64,000 nucleotides of DNA from Candidatus Woesearchaeota archaeon (GTDB taxonomy: Archaea > Nanobdellota > Nanobdellia > Woesearchaeales > WAPY01), in NCBI GenBank assembly GCA_049700835.1, contig JBNAUL010000002.1:62001-126000 (forward strand), read 5' to 3'. The notes beneath the pieces were generated by a model. That model saw nothing but the letters and a program-made list of their open reading frames with translations, made no database searches and was not told the origin of the DNA. Positions within the stretch are counted from its first letter, which is position 1. Each line of letters starts with the position of its first letter. Position numbers and translations under genes: made by a program. This document shows positions 28,113 through 39,405 of this stretch, in pieces.

Positions 28113-30425
28113 TCAGCTTTCTTTTAATCCACGCTTTTGCCCTTGTTTTCCTTGTTTTTTTTTGGCATCATTGTTCTTGCTGTCATTGTTGTTGCCATTA
28201 TTATTGAGCTTATTGTTCCAATTCTTTTTAGAAGGGCAATCAGGATTTATGCAAAGCTTCCACGGTTTTTTGCCCTTTCTTATGACATTGACTATTGGAA
28301 AACCGCACAAGGGGCACTTTTCCTTTGTTGTTTTTATGAGCCCATATTGAGGCAAGGAAAATGTTGTTTTACAATTAGGATACTGGTCGCAAGCAATGAA
28401 CTGCTTTCCTGTTTTTTTGCTTCTTATTATTATAAGATTTCCTTCCTTGCAGTTAGGGCATTTTCCAACAACAATTCTATCCATCTCTGTTTCCTTATGC
28501 GCATCCTTCAGAGCTATTCCTATGCTGTTTTCATTCTTCTTAAAATCGCTTATTATGCTGTTTACTGTCTGCTTTGCTTCTTCCAAAACCTCTGTTTTTT
28601 CCTTTTTGTTTTGGTTAATCATTTCAAGTTCTTCCTCAAAATGCCTTGTCAGGTTTTCATCAAGAATGGTTGGAGAGTATTTCAAGAGCGTCTCTACAGT
28701 GGCTTCTCCAAGTTTTGTTAGGGTTATCTGTTCTCCCTTTATATAGTTCCTGTTGAAAAGAGTATCAACAATCTGCGCCCTTGTTGCCTTTGTTCCAAGA
28801 TTTTTCCTTGTGAGTTCAGCAACCAAACTCGCTTGGTTGTATCTTGGTTTTGGTTTTGTTTGATCCTCTTTTATGCTTATGCTGATAAGGAAAAGTTTTT
28901 CATTTTTTTCTAATCTTGGAATTATTTTATCGCTTATGTTATAATATGGTCTGTAATAATCAAGCCATCCTCTTTCCCTTATTACAGAACCGCTTGCTAA
29001 AAACCTTTCTTCATTTGAGTTAATCTTTATTTTAACAACGAGCTTTTTTATAGGATTTCCAAAAACAGAGAAAAACCTCTTTACGATCAAGTCATAAATC
29101 TTTGATTCTTCTGCACTAAGTTTCTTTGGAGCGAAACCTGTAGGATATATTGCTGGATGAGCAGGATCCTGCTTTTTTCCTTCTCTTGGATAAAGTTTAT
29201 CTTTACTTAAAAGTTCTTTTGCTGTTTCATTGTAATTCTTTTGCTCGGCTAATTTCTCGATAATGCTCCTAAAACCTATTTTGACTGGAAGTTTTTGAGA
29301 AGATGTTCTTGGATAAGATATAAGACCTTCTGTATAGAGTTCTTGAGCAATATCCAATGTTCTCTTTGGATTTATCTTGAAGCATCTGTATGCTTCTGTT
29401 TGCAGTGTGGTTAAATCAAACGGGGTTGGCGGCTGCACCATTATTTCAGAATAATCTACTTCCTCAACAAAGGGCTCTCCTTTTTCAGCTCTTTTCTTTG
29501 CCTCAATTGCTTCCTTGTTGTCCCAAAATTTTTCTTTTTCGTGAAGAGCTTCAACAATCTCTGATTTGTTGTTTTTTGCTTTTAGAAACAACTGCCAATA
29601 TTTCTTTGGAGAGAATTCCATTATTTCCTTTTCCCTGTCATATATTATTTTCAGAGCAGGCCCTTGAACCCTGCCAGAACTAAGAACGCTGAACTTTCCT
29701 GCTGTCTTTAAAGAGGATGTTAATGCTCTTGAAACATTTATCCCGTAAAAATAGTCCATTATATGCCTTGCTTCTCCTGCATTTGCTTGACCCCAATCAA
29801 TGCTCCTGCTCTTTTCATCGTACGCATTTTTTAAGTCGCTCGGAGTTAGGGTTGAAAATTTCATCCTGTTTGCATCATTTCTTCCAAGTATGAACCTTAC
29901 AATATTCAAGCCGATGACTTCCCCTTCAATGTCGTAGTCAGTTGCAACAGTAACTTCTGAAGCATTTTCTCCTAACTTCTTTAGAAGTTCAATGTACTTT
30001 TTTGTATAAGACGCCTTTTTTTGCGCTTTGAAAATCGGAACCCACTCAACATCAAAAACAGGGTATTTCCACTTGTTACCTCCTCTTTCCAGAAGGGTGT
30101 AGAGATGTCCTACTCCTGCAGCAACAACAGCCCTTTTTCCATTTATGCTTATTTCATAATAAGGCACTCCCAAATAGTTTTTCTTTTTGATAGGAGTTGT
30201 GCTAAGAGCAGAGGCAATCTTAAAAGCGGCCTTTGGTTTTTCAGCAATTACGAGTTCATACTTGTCTTCTTTTTTAGATTCATTTTTATCATCACTTATG
30301 TTTTTACCAATTTGACTTGTTTTTGAATCTTCTAAATTTACTTCTTTAGTTACTTTAGTAATGCTCCTTTTTGCCTTCTCTTTCTTTTCCTTTTTTCCGC
30401 TTGCTGTTTTTGTCCTTTTAGGCAT
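28113..30425 (-). CDS. topA: DNA topoisomerase I (type IA)
   Basis: IAEKP, ATDYDIEGE, SSGRVQ, ISYPRT catalytic Tyr, AHPAIYPT, GTKATR, C-terminal Zn ribbons. Confidence 0.97.
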   Translation of the reverse strand: MPKRTKTASGKKEKKEKAKRSITKVTKEVNLEDSKTSQIGKNISDDKNESKKEDKYELVIAEKPKAAFKIASALSTTPIKKKNYLGVPYYEISINGKRAVVAAGVGHLYTLLERGGNKWKYPVFDVEWVPIFKAQKKASYTKKYIELLKKLGENASEVTVATDYDIEGEVIGLNIVRFILGRNDANRMKFSTLTPSDLKNAYDEKSRSIDWGQANAGEARHIMDYFYGINVSRALTSSLKTAGKFSVLSSGRVQGPALKIIYDREKEIMEFSPKKYWQLFLKAKNNKSEIVEALHEKEKFWDNKEAIEAKKRAEKGEPFVEEVDYSEIMVQPPTPFDLTTLQTEAYRCFKINPKRTLDIAQELYTEGLISYPRTSSQKLPVKIGFRSIIEKLAEQKNYNETAKELLSKDKLYPREGKKQDPAHPAIYPTGFAPKKLSAEESKIYDLIVKRFFSVFGNPIKKLVVKIKINSNEERFLASGSVIRERGWLDYYRPYYNISDKIIPRLEKNEKLFLISISIKEDQTKPKPRYNQASLVAELTRKNLGTKATRAQIVDTLFNRNYIKGEQITLTKLGEATVETLLKYSPTILDENLTRHFEEELEMINQNKKEKTEVLEEAKQTVNSIISDFKKNENSIGIALKDAHKETEMDRIVVGKCPNCKEGNLIIIRSKKTGKQFIACDQYPNCKTTFSLPQYGLIKTTKEKCPLCGFPIVNVIRKGKKPWKLCINPDCPSKKNWNNKLNNNGNNNDSKNNDAKKKQGKQGQKRGLKES

Positions 30426-30547
30426 TTTTAATAATTGCTTTAACTCTATTATAAAAGTTTTTGCTTTTTTGAAATTTTTAACTATAAAATTAATAAAAAA
30501 AATTTAATATGCAAAGAAGATTATGCATCATTATGCTTTTATGTTAA

Positions 30548-31552
<1,005 letters not shown>

Positions 31553-32029
31553 AATTTCTCAAAAAATCCAATAAGAATGATTTGATAAAATCAATAAAAT
31601 TAATTTTAGAGAGTTTTTTATAAATTATAAAGTTTTTTATAGAGTTTTGTTAAAATCTTAAACAACATAAACTATTGAACAATGCACAAGCAATTATGCA
31701 TAGGCAGAATCCAACATAGCATATCTAATCCATAAACAATCCTCTAAAATGTTTGGCATCGCAAGAATATTTTCTGAAACTTAGCAAAAATTTAGATTAA
31801 GATTTAGGTTTATATTAAGATTTAGTTTTTTAGATTTTTTATAGTTTTTTCAAAAGGCATATTTCATTCATATCACATTTCATATTTGATTTTAATGCCA
31901 TTTTAATGGTTTTATTTACTGTAAATCACTGCACTGCTGCAAATCTTTTGTTACTCGTTTAACCTTTCTGACAATTTCTGACAGAAATTTTTAATAAAAT
32001 TTAAATATGCTTCTTATTTTCAAGAATGC

Positions 32030-33274
32030 ATGAAAGATAAAGAATGGAAAGAAAAAAATGCAAAAAATTCATCTGATAAATCTGACAATGTTCTTGTAGG
32101 GATTTACAAATGCGATTCTTACAATCTTGATAAAATCTACAATAAGATAAAAAAGGGTTTAATGGATATAAATTTTGATTTCTCAAAATACAAGAAAAAT
32201 GGAAAAAAGAAACCATTATGCTTGTTGAAACCAAATATTATAATTCCAATAAAACCAAACAGCGCTGTTGTAACGCACCCATTGATTGTTGAGGCAGCAA
32301 TAAAAATATTTCTTGAAAACGGTTTTAGGGTTGTAGTAGGAGAGAGCGACGGCTCAGCAACAACCTCCAAAGGATTTGTTGAGACTGGAATTAAAGAGAT
32401 TGCTGAAAAGTATGGTGTTGAATGCATCGCTTTTGAGGATTACAAAAAGAACAGATTGGTAAAAATAAAGAATGAAAAAAACATAGTGCTTAAAGAATTT
32501 TTTGTATCAAAAATAATCAGAGATGCGGATTTAATAGTTAATCTTCCAAAACTTAAGACCCATGTTTTAACAATGTATACAGGTGCTGTGAAAAATATGT
32601 TTGGGGTTATTCCAGGAGCAACTAAATCAAAGTATCATGGAATTGCAAAAACTCCTCAGAATTTTTCAAACTTGCTCTTGGACATCTATTATACTGTAAA
32701 GCCTGAATTGAATATAATGGATGGGATTGTTGGAATGGAGGGCAACGGGCCTTCAAGAGGAATTCCAAAAAAAGCAGGTTTAATCTTAATAAGCGAAAAC
32801 GGAATTGCCCTTGATTTAGTAGCAACAAAGAGCATTGGATTTGAAAACATAGTTACGCTTAACAAGGTTGCTTTGAAAAGAGAGAACAATAATCTGCAGA
32901 GCAGAATAAGAATTGTTGGAGATTTTGAAAGAGCGCCTATAATAAGATTTAAAAAACCAATGCAGTTGAACAAGGGGATATTCTATTTTGTGCAGTCAAA
33001 TGCTGGCAGGGTGCCTAAAAAACCATTCATCGATAAAAACAAGTGCATAAAGTGTTTAAAATGCTATTCAAATTGCCCTGCAAGAGCAATATCAATTGTC
33101 AATGAATATCCAAAGATAAATCCAAAAAAATGCATTGCATGTTATTGCTGTTATGAACAATGCCCTGCAAATGCTGTCAAACTGAGGAGCAGCGCTCTGA
33201 CAAAAACATACGAATTACTTAAAAAAAGTTTATTGAAAATAAAGAGTCCGTTCTTAAAAAAGAGGTGGTTTTAA
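32030..33274 (+). CDS. DUF362 domain protein with C-terminal 2x[4Fe-4S] ferredoxin
   Basis: LLKPN, THP, NLPKLKTH, TGAVKNMFG, DGIVGMEGNGP; CIKCLKCYSNCP and CIACYCCYEQCP. Confidence 0.9.
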   Translation: MKDKEWKEKNAKNSSDKSDNVLVGIYKCDSYNLDKIYNKIKKGLMDINFDFSKYKKNGKKKPLCLLKPNIIIPIKPNSAVVTHPLIVEAAIKIFLENGFRVVVGESDGSATTSKGFVETGIKEIAEKYGVECIAFEDYKKNRLVKIKNEKNIVLKEFFVSKIIRDADLIVNLPKLKTHVLTMYTGAVKNMFGVIPGATKSKYHGIAKTPQNFSNLLLDIYYTVKPELNIMDGIVGMEGNGPSRGIPKKAGLILISENGIALDLVATKSIGFENIVTLNKVALKRENNNLQSRIRIVGDFERAPIIRFKKPMQLNKGIFYFVQSNAGRVPKKPFIDKNKCIKCLKCYSNCPARAISIVNEYPKINPKKCIACYCCYEQCPANAVKLRSSALTKTYELLKKSLLKIKSPFLKKRWF

Positions 33275-34497
33275 TGAGTTTAAACCACTATGAAATCTTA
33301 AGCAATATAAAAAGTTTAGAAGCACTTAAGAACAAGATAAGAGGAAAAACAATACTCTTGAGGACAGATTACAATGTCCCTATTCAGCAAAAAAATTCAA
33401 GGAAGAAAATAGTGGACGATTCAAGGATAAGATCTTCTCTCAAAACAATAAGGTTCCTGCTTAAGGAAAAAGCAAAGATAATAATCATAAGCCATCTCGG
33501 AGAGCCAAAGGGTTTTGACAAGAATTCGAGTTTAGAAATAGTTTCCAATAGGCTTTCAAGGCTGTTAAAAAAAAGGGTTTTGTTCTGCAAAGATCTTGTT
33601 GGAGAAAAAACAGACATTACTGTTGAAAATTTTAAAAACAACAGAAGGGCTTTTGTGCTGATGCTTGAGAACCTAAGATTCAATGAAGGAGAAACAAAGA
33701 ACGATGTGAATTTCGCCTCAAAATTGGCCTCTTATGCAGATTATTTTGTGTTTGACGCATTTTCAGTTGCTCACAGAGAGCATGCTTCTGTTGTCAGCAT
33801 TGAAAAATTCCTGCCAAGCTATGCAGGATTTTTATTCTACGATGAACTTAAGAATTTATCTAATATAATTGAAACAAGGGAAAGACCATTTACATTGATT
33901 GTTGGAGGAGTTAAGATTTCAACGAAACTTCCTTTTATAAAGAATTTCTTGGACAAGGCAGATTTTATACTCATTGGAGGGGCTATGATGTTCAATTTTT
34001 TAAAAGCAAAAGGTTTGGAAGTTGGAAAATCAATTTATTCTCAAGAAGAAGTTGAGATTGCATATCAGATACTTGCTTCTGGAATGGATAAAATAATAAT
34101 CCCAAAAGATGTTGTGGCATCAAAGGAGATTTCTAAGGACTCAGAAACAAAAATATTTAACTCAGAAAAGATAGAAAGCGATTACATAGGTTTGGATATT
34201 GGGCCTCAGAGCATAGAAGAATTTAAGAGGATTCTAAGAAACTCCAAGACAATTGTTTGGAACGGACCGCTTGGTTATTATGAAATAAAGAAATTCTCAA
34301 AAGGAACAGCGGAGATAGCAAAATTCATCTCAAAACTTAGATGTGATAAATACGCCTGCGGAGGTGACACTTTGGCAATCTTAAATAGTTTTAGATTAAA
34401 GAATAAGTTCACATTTGTTTCAACAGCAGGAGGAGCTGCTCTTGAATTCTTGTCAGGAAAGGAACTCCCTGGAATAAAAGCCCTACATTTAAAATAA
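33274..34497 (+). CDS. pgk: Phosphoglycerate kinase (bacterial type)
   Basis: RTDYNVP, LENLRF, DAFSVAHR, DIGP, WNGPLG, GGDT, STAGGAALEFL; TAATG overlap with the upstream gene. Confidence 0.95.
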   Translation: MSLNHYEILSNIKSLEALKNKIRGKTILLRTDYNVPIQQKNSRKKIVDDSRIRSSLKTIRFLLKEKAKIIIISHLGEPKGFDKNSSLEIVSNRLSRLLKKRVLFCKDLVGEKTDITVENFKNNRRAFVLMLENLRFNEGETKNDVNFASKLASYADYFVFDAFSVAHREHASVVSIEKFLPSYAGFLFYDELKNLSNIIETRERPFTLIVGGVKISTKLPFIKNFLDKADFILIGGAMMFNFLKAKGLEVGKSIYSQEEVEIAYQILASGMDKIIIPKDVVASKEISKDSETKIFNSEKIESDYIGLDIGPQSIEEFKRILRNSKTIVWNGPLGYYEIKKFSKGTAEIAKFISKLRCDKYACGGDTLAILNSFRLKNKFTFVSTAGGAALEFLSGKELPGIKALHLK

Positions 34498-34776
34498 TCT
34501 AAAATAATTTTTTTATTTGAAATAACTTTTTCTTTTTGATTCATTCTTGATTTATTATATTCCTGCGTCATCATATTTTATTATAATATTTCTATTATTC
34601 ATATTATATATATACATTGTTGTTTATTGTTGTTGCTCCATTCATGATTGTAAGATTGTTGTTTTTTATTGTTTTCACTAAATCATACTTTTATAAAATA
34701 TTTATTTTGAAATAGTGAAAAATAGAAAATTTTATATATTGCATCTTTCTTTATTTTTCTAAGGGGGTGGAGAGTC

Positions 34777-36876
34777 TTGAAAAAATCAAATGCTGATAAT
34801 GCTTTTAAAACAAGCCAAAACGCAGAGAATTTAGAAGATGCAAATGAAGACAACAATGAATACAACGATAATCTTTCTCAAGAAAAAATAAAGGAAAGGG
34901 ATTTGTTTGAAAGAAACATAAGAAATTCTTTTGAAAGCGTAAAAAAGGACATTATTCTGCTTCACAAGGAATTGAAGGACTTGAAGAATCAAGCACTAAA
35001 TCAACTCAAGAAAAAATGCGAAACTTTTTCTGCAAAAACAGAAAAGATAAGTAAAGAACTTAAGGAAAATGAAGAAACCAAAACAAAGGAAATTGACTCT
35101 TTGAAAAAATCAGTTGTCTATCTTGAAGAACAATTAAAAGAATTGGAAGAATTTAAAGAGAAACTGTTGAAAATAGAAACATCTTTGGATGAGATGCTTA
35201 AAGAAACGAAGATGAATTCTTATGTTTCAGCAGAGCTTAAAAAGATGCAATATTCATTGGCAAAAAATTGCAAGAGCATTTCAAAGAATTCTGTTCCGCT
35301 GAAAAGATATGAGAATGAAATCAAGGATTTATCAGAACAGATAAACTCATTAAAAAGTGAGTTGTATAGAATAGAAGAAATAAAAAATTCAATTCTAAAT
35401 GCGCAAAAGATAATAAGCAGAATAAGTGAGGAATACGTTTCTGTCAAGGATTTGGAACACCAGAGCAGAAAAATATATTTGAGAATCAACAGAATATCTG
35501 CAAACTTCAGAGGAATGCAGAACCAAATCAGAGAATTGGCAGAAAACCTTGTTTCAAAAGAGGAACTAATACAAATAAAATCCGAGATTGAAAGCCAGCT
35601 TCTGTTTTTTGAAAAGGGATTGAAAGCGCTTCAAGACGAGTCAATGAGCAGGAAAGAATTTGAGCTTAAGAACAAGGGACTCTTTCAGAGAGTTAGCAAT
35701 CTTAAGGAAAATCTCTATTCGCTTAGATTGAAGTTAGAGGAGCTTTCAAGCATTTCTGAAAAGAATTCTATTAAATTAAAGGAAATGAATATAATCCAAA
35801 AGAAAGTAGCAGACAATGAGAAAAGAGCAGTCAAGCATGAACAAAACATTAGGATGTTGAAAAGAGATTTAGAAAACCTGAAATCAAGCCTAAAAGTTTC
35901 AGAGGAGAGAAATGATTTCCTTGAGAGAAAGATTAACTTGATGGGCCAAGAGATTGAGTCAATTAAGGAAAACTTGTTGAGAGTTCAGGGAATAGGACTT
36001 AAGACAATGGAAATTTTAGAAGAGAAAAAACCTTCTTTCAGAATGCCGAAACTTCCAAGAATAACAAAAAAGTTTGCTATAAAAAAACCTTCTAAGCAGA
36101 CATGGCTCATCGCTATACTTCTTTTCCTATTCACTCTTGTGCTCTTTTTGATTTTCAATTATCCGAGCATACTAACGATGGTCATTTCAAAACTTAACAT
36201 TTCAATAAACATGAGCGAAAACATTACAAAGATATCTTGGCTGGAAAACAGGACAAACATAACAGAAAACATAAGCGAGCATATTGCTCCGAACATTGCA
36301 AATATCACTGCAAATTTAACTGCTAATGAAACTCTCAATGAAACTTATAATGAAAGTGCAAATGAGAGCGCAGAAGAAAAAATAAATGTCGAAAACCTTA
36401 CAATAGAAAACCATGTTCTCTCGGAGAAGGAGTTAAAGGAACTTGACATTAAAAAAGAACTCTGCATTCTAAGATACGAATGCAGGGAAATAAACGGCAA
36501 ATACTACTATGACTGCTACTATAGTTCTGATGACAAAAAGTGCCATTGTTTTATTGGAGAGCAGAGTTATTGCAATGAGACAGGGGTTGAATTCTTAAAG
36601 GAAAAGTACGATGTTTTTCTTCCTCTAAAGAATTTTTTAAAAAACATTTATGCAAAATCAAGTTCATTCTTTTCCATATTCTTTTCAAAGTTGTCAAAAA
36701 CATTTTTAAGCATTTTTGTTTTCATAGGATCTTATAGAAATTATTTTATAATTGCTTTGTTGCTGCTTTTGATATTGTTCCTGTTTCTGAACTACAAAGA
36801 AGAAATCTTTGATTTCTTTACAGAGGTTGAAGAAGAAACTCCAAAGAATAAAAGTCAGAAGAAAAAGAAAAGATAA
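34777..36876 (+). CDS. Long coiled-coil membrane protein with a sequon-rich external domain
   Basis: About 420 aa of heptad-rich K/E sequence, a TM, many NxS/T sequons, a Cys cluster, a second TM; start uncertain (TTG). Confidence 0.75.
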   Translation: MKKSNADNAFKTSQNAENLEDANEDNNEYNDNLSQEKIKERDLFERNIRNSFESVKKDIILLHKELKDLKNQALNQLKKKCETFSAKTEKISKELKENEETKTKEIDSLKKSVVYLEEQLKELEEFKEKLLKIETSLDEMLKETKMNSYVSAELKKMQYSLAKNCKSISKNSVPLKRYENEIKDLSEQINSLKSELYRIEEIKNSILNAQKIISRISEEYVSVKDLEHQSRKIYLRINRISANFRGMQNQIRELAENLVSKEELIQIKSEIESQLLFFEKGLKALQDESMSRKEFELKNKGLFQRVSNLKENLYSLRLKLEELSSISEKNSIKLKEMNIIQKKVADNEKRAVKHEQNIRMLKRDLENLKSSLKVSEERNDFLERKINLMGQEIESIKENLLRVQGIGLKTMEILEEKKPSFRMPKLPRITKKFAIKKPSKQTWLIAILLFLFTLVLFLIFNYPSILTMVISKLNISINMSENITKISWLENRTNITENISEHIAPNIANITANLTANETLNETYNESANESAEEKINVENLTIENHVLSEKELKELDIKKELCILRYECREINGKYYYDCYYSSDDKKCHCFIGEQSYCNETGVEFLKEKYDVFLPLKNFLKNIYAKSSSFFSIFFSKLSKTFLSIFVFIGSYRNYFIIALLLLLILFLFLNYKEEIFDFFTEVEEETPKNKSQKKKKR

Positions 36877-36878
36877 GA

Positions 36879-37160
36879 TTATGATTTTTTATTTTTTTCT
36901 TTTATGTGCCTCTTAACAACTTTCTCTATTTTTTCTATTGGATATGGATCATATGTTCCCCACCAGAACTCACACTCATTGCACCAATAACCCCAAACTC
37001 CAAGCTTTCTAACGCTCATCATTGAACCGCATTTCGGGCACAATTTTGGAGTGAATGTTATTTTTATATTTTCCATTTCATCGTTCTTTTTCTTTATCTC
37101 TGCAATCTCTTCCTCGCTTAACTCAGCCCTTGATTCTTTTTTATCTTTTTTGAATAGCAT
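36879..37160 (-). CDS. Small zinc-ribbon protein
   Basis: CPKCG...CNEC; SD GAGGTGG before ATG 37160. Confidence 0.75.
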   Translation of the reverse strand: MLFKKDKKESRAELSEEEIAEIKKKNDEMENIKITFTPKLCPKCGSMMSVRKLGVWGYWCNECEFWWGTYDPYPIEKIEKVVKRHIKEKNKKS

Positions 37161-37287
37161 TGAAACCACCTCGCGCTTTTTATCGCTTTTTATCTGTTGC
37201 TTTTTATCTCTTTTTCTTTGCCTTCACATATTTATTTATTTTTAATTTTTATTCTTAATCTTAATTTTTTTTTGTATCTTTTTATAT

Positions 37288-39024
37288 CTATTTGTGCGTG
37301 AACCAAAAAACAAAAACATCTTCGTTTTTTTCTTTTATAATTTCATCCAGTCTGCAAAATCCAAATCTTTCAAACTGAACAACATCTCCTATCTTTATGT
37401 TCTTTACATTACTCTCTGCAATTCCATTAATGTAATTGTGTTCAGGAGTTAATATCCTTGCTTTAACCAACTGTTTTTCATCCTTTGGAAGCCAATGAAT
37501 TATCTTCTTTCCTTCTTCTTTGAAAACCTTTACATCCGATGAATCAAAAACAAGTGCATCCTTGCGCTTTCTGAAATTCAAGCATTCCATAAGCCTGCAC
37601 AATTCTCCTTCTCTTAAATCCTCAAAATCCTTCTTTTCAATATAAAATTCATCGCTTGTTCTGAAATGCCTAAATCCGTATTCAGGATGCTCTGGATGCA
37701 ACTTTATATTTATATCCTGTTTAGGAGCATTTTTTATTGAGATGCTTACAGGATTTTCAATAAAGAAAAATCTCTTTGCAATAGGATCAAGTATCTTTCT
37801 GTTTATTGCAGAGATAACGCTCCACTCAATATTTGTTTGAGTTGGGCTCAAACCAACAGTTTTTGCTAATTCATAGTATGTTTCTCTTTGTATGCCTCTT
37901 CTTCTTAAAGCCCTCAATGTAACCAAGCTTGGGTCGTCCCATCCAATAACCTTTTTTTCTTCTATCATCTGCCTTATTATTCTTCCCTGGGTTACTGCTC
38001 CTGCAACATTGAACCTTCCGTACTGCACAACTGTTTGTTTTCTGAAGTTAAATAAATCTTTGATGTAATCCTGCAATTCAACCCTCATCTTCCCAAACTC
38101 AGAGCTTCTTAAAATATGAGTTACGCCGCAAAATTCCTCTTCAACAGCGTTCTCAAAATCATACACAGGATAAACACAATACTTTTCTCCTTGCCTGTAG
38201 TGGGGTTCATAAACTATCCTGAAAATCACAGGGTCCCTCATTACATAATTAGATGCATTCATGTTGATCTTTAATCTCAAAGAGCATTCTCCTTCTTTGT
38301 ATTTTCTATTGAGCATGTTCTTCCACTCTTTCAGATTTTGCTCAGCATTCTTTTTCCTACACTCGCATTCTATGCCTTTCTTTCTTAAATCCTGCATCTT
38401 TTCCCTTTGGCAGAAACAAACATATGCTTCTTCTCTTAAAATTAATTTTTCAGCAAGTTCATAGAACCTTTCCATGTCATCGCTCACAAATACAATTCTG
38501 TCAGGCCTTATGTCAAGATATTCCAAAACATCTTCCTTCATTGCATCAACATACTCCTGTCTTGATGTCTTTGGATTAGTGTCCTCAAATCTAAGAACGC
38601 ACTTGCCGTTGTACTTTTTTGAGTATAGATAGTTTATCAGAAAGGAAAGAGCATGCCCTATGTGGTTGTATTTTGAAGGTTCAGGAGGAATTCTTGTTAC
38701 AACCTTACCAAACTCAGCGTTTGGCAGTTCAGGGAGTTCCTTTTTTCTCTTTTTCTCCTCAAGCAATTCAGGAGATAGTTCCTTGAGCTTTTCCCTTTGT
38801 TTTTCCAAATCCAACCTATTGACATCCTTAACTATTTCTTCACAGAATTCTAAGACCTCTTTTGCTTTATCCCTCAATTCATTGTTTTCTGCAAGCACCT
38901 TTCCGAGTACGGATTTAGGGTCTGCTTTTCCAGAATGCATAAGTGCATTCTGCAGAGAAAATTTAAGAATGCTTTCCTTAAGCTTATTGTTCAAGATTTC
39001 GTTTTTTGATTTTTTTGCTCTCAT
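37288..39024 (-). CDS. gltX: Glutamate--tRNA ligase (archaeal, probably non-discriminating)
   Basis: HIGH motif, LRFEDTNP, AYVCFC, GVTHILR, GWDDP, QFERFGFCRLD; probable leaderless start at 39024. Confidence 0.96.
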   Translation of the reverse strand: MRAKKSKNEILNNKLKESILKFSLQNALMHSGKADPKSVLGKVLAENNELRDKAKEVLEFCEEIVKDVNRLDLEKQREKLKELSPELLEEKKRKKELPELPNAEFGKVVTRIPPEPSKYNHIGHALSFLINYLYSKKYNGKCVLRFEDTNPKTSRQEYVDAMKEDVLEYLDIRPDRIVFVSDDMERFYELAEKLILREEAYVCFCQREKMQDLRKKGIECECRKKNAEQNLKEWKNMLNRKYKEGECSLRLKINMNASNYVMRDPVIFRIVYEPHYRQGEKYCVYPVYDFENAVEEEFCGVTHILRSSEFGKMRVELQDYIKDLFNFRKQTVVQYGRFNVAGAVTQGRIIRQMIEEKKVIGWDDPSLVTLRALRRRGIQRETYYELAKTVGLSPTQTNIEWSVISAINRKILDPIAKRFFFIENPVSISIKNAPKQDINIKLHPEHPEYGFRHFRTSDEFYIEKKDFEDLREGELCRLMECLNFRKRKDALVFDSSDVKVFKEEGKKIIHWLPKDEKQLVKARILTPEHNYINGIAESNVKNIKIGDVVQFERFGFCRLDEIIKEKNEDVFVFWFTHK

Positions 39025-39184
39025 AAGAGGTTGGTTATCGGATTGTTTTTTATAAATTTTTTTAATTTTTTGCAATTTTAATCTTATTTGAAAAAGGACA
39101 GGTCAGAAAGATAAAACAAGATGCTGAACTATGCGCTAAACAAAACAACTAAAAAATTTAATGTAAACAATGCGCAAACAATGC

Positions 39185-39364
39185 TTACAAATCCTTGGCC
39201 ATTATTGTCTTTCTGCCATTTGCTTGCGCTCTTTCGCAGGCCTTCTTAATCATTTTCTCAACTTCCCTTGAGAGCGCTTCTGGAAAATCGCTTGCAACCT
39301 GAAATTTCGCATTGTTTAATTCAGCATAATCCTTTATCCTGCTCTTTATGATGATCTCGCCCAT
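39185..39364 (-). CDS. Short non-canonical histone-fold protein (alpha3-truncated, face-to-face/bacterial-type)
   Basis: IIKSRIKDY...VASDF.EALS..V...IKKACERAQANGRKTIMAKDL, ending at the RxTxxxxDL motif; 59 aa. Confidence 0.82.
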   Translation of the reverse strand: MGEIIIKSRIKDYAELNNAKFQVASDFPEALSREVEKMIKKACERAQANGRKTIMAKDL

Positions 39365-39405
39365 TGCAACCACCATTAATTGCATTTTTGATTTGCCTTA
39401 AAATC

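Noticed and set aside
31553..32029. Possible hidden gene (e.g. tpi remnant) or ncRNA between gap and the DUF362 gene
   Set aside because: Only very short ORFs, no recognisable motifs and no GC-rich structured segment.
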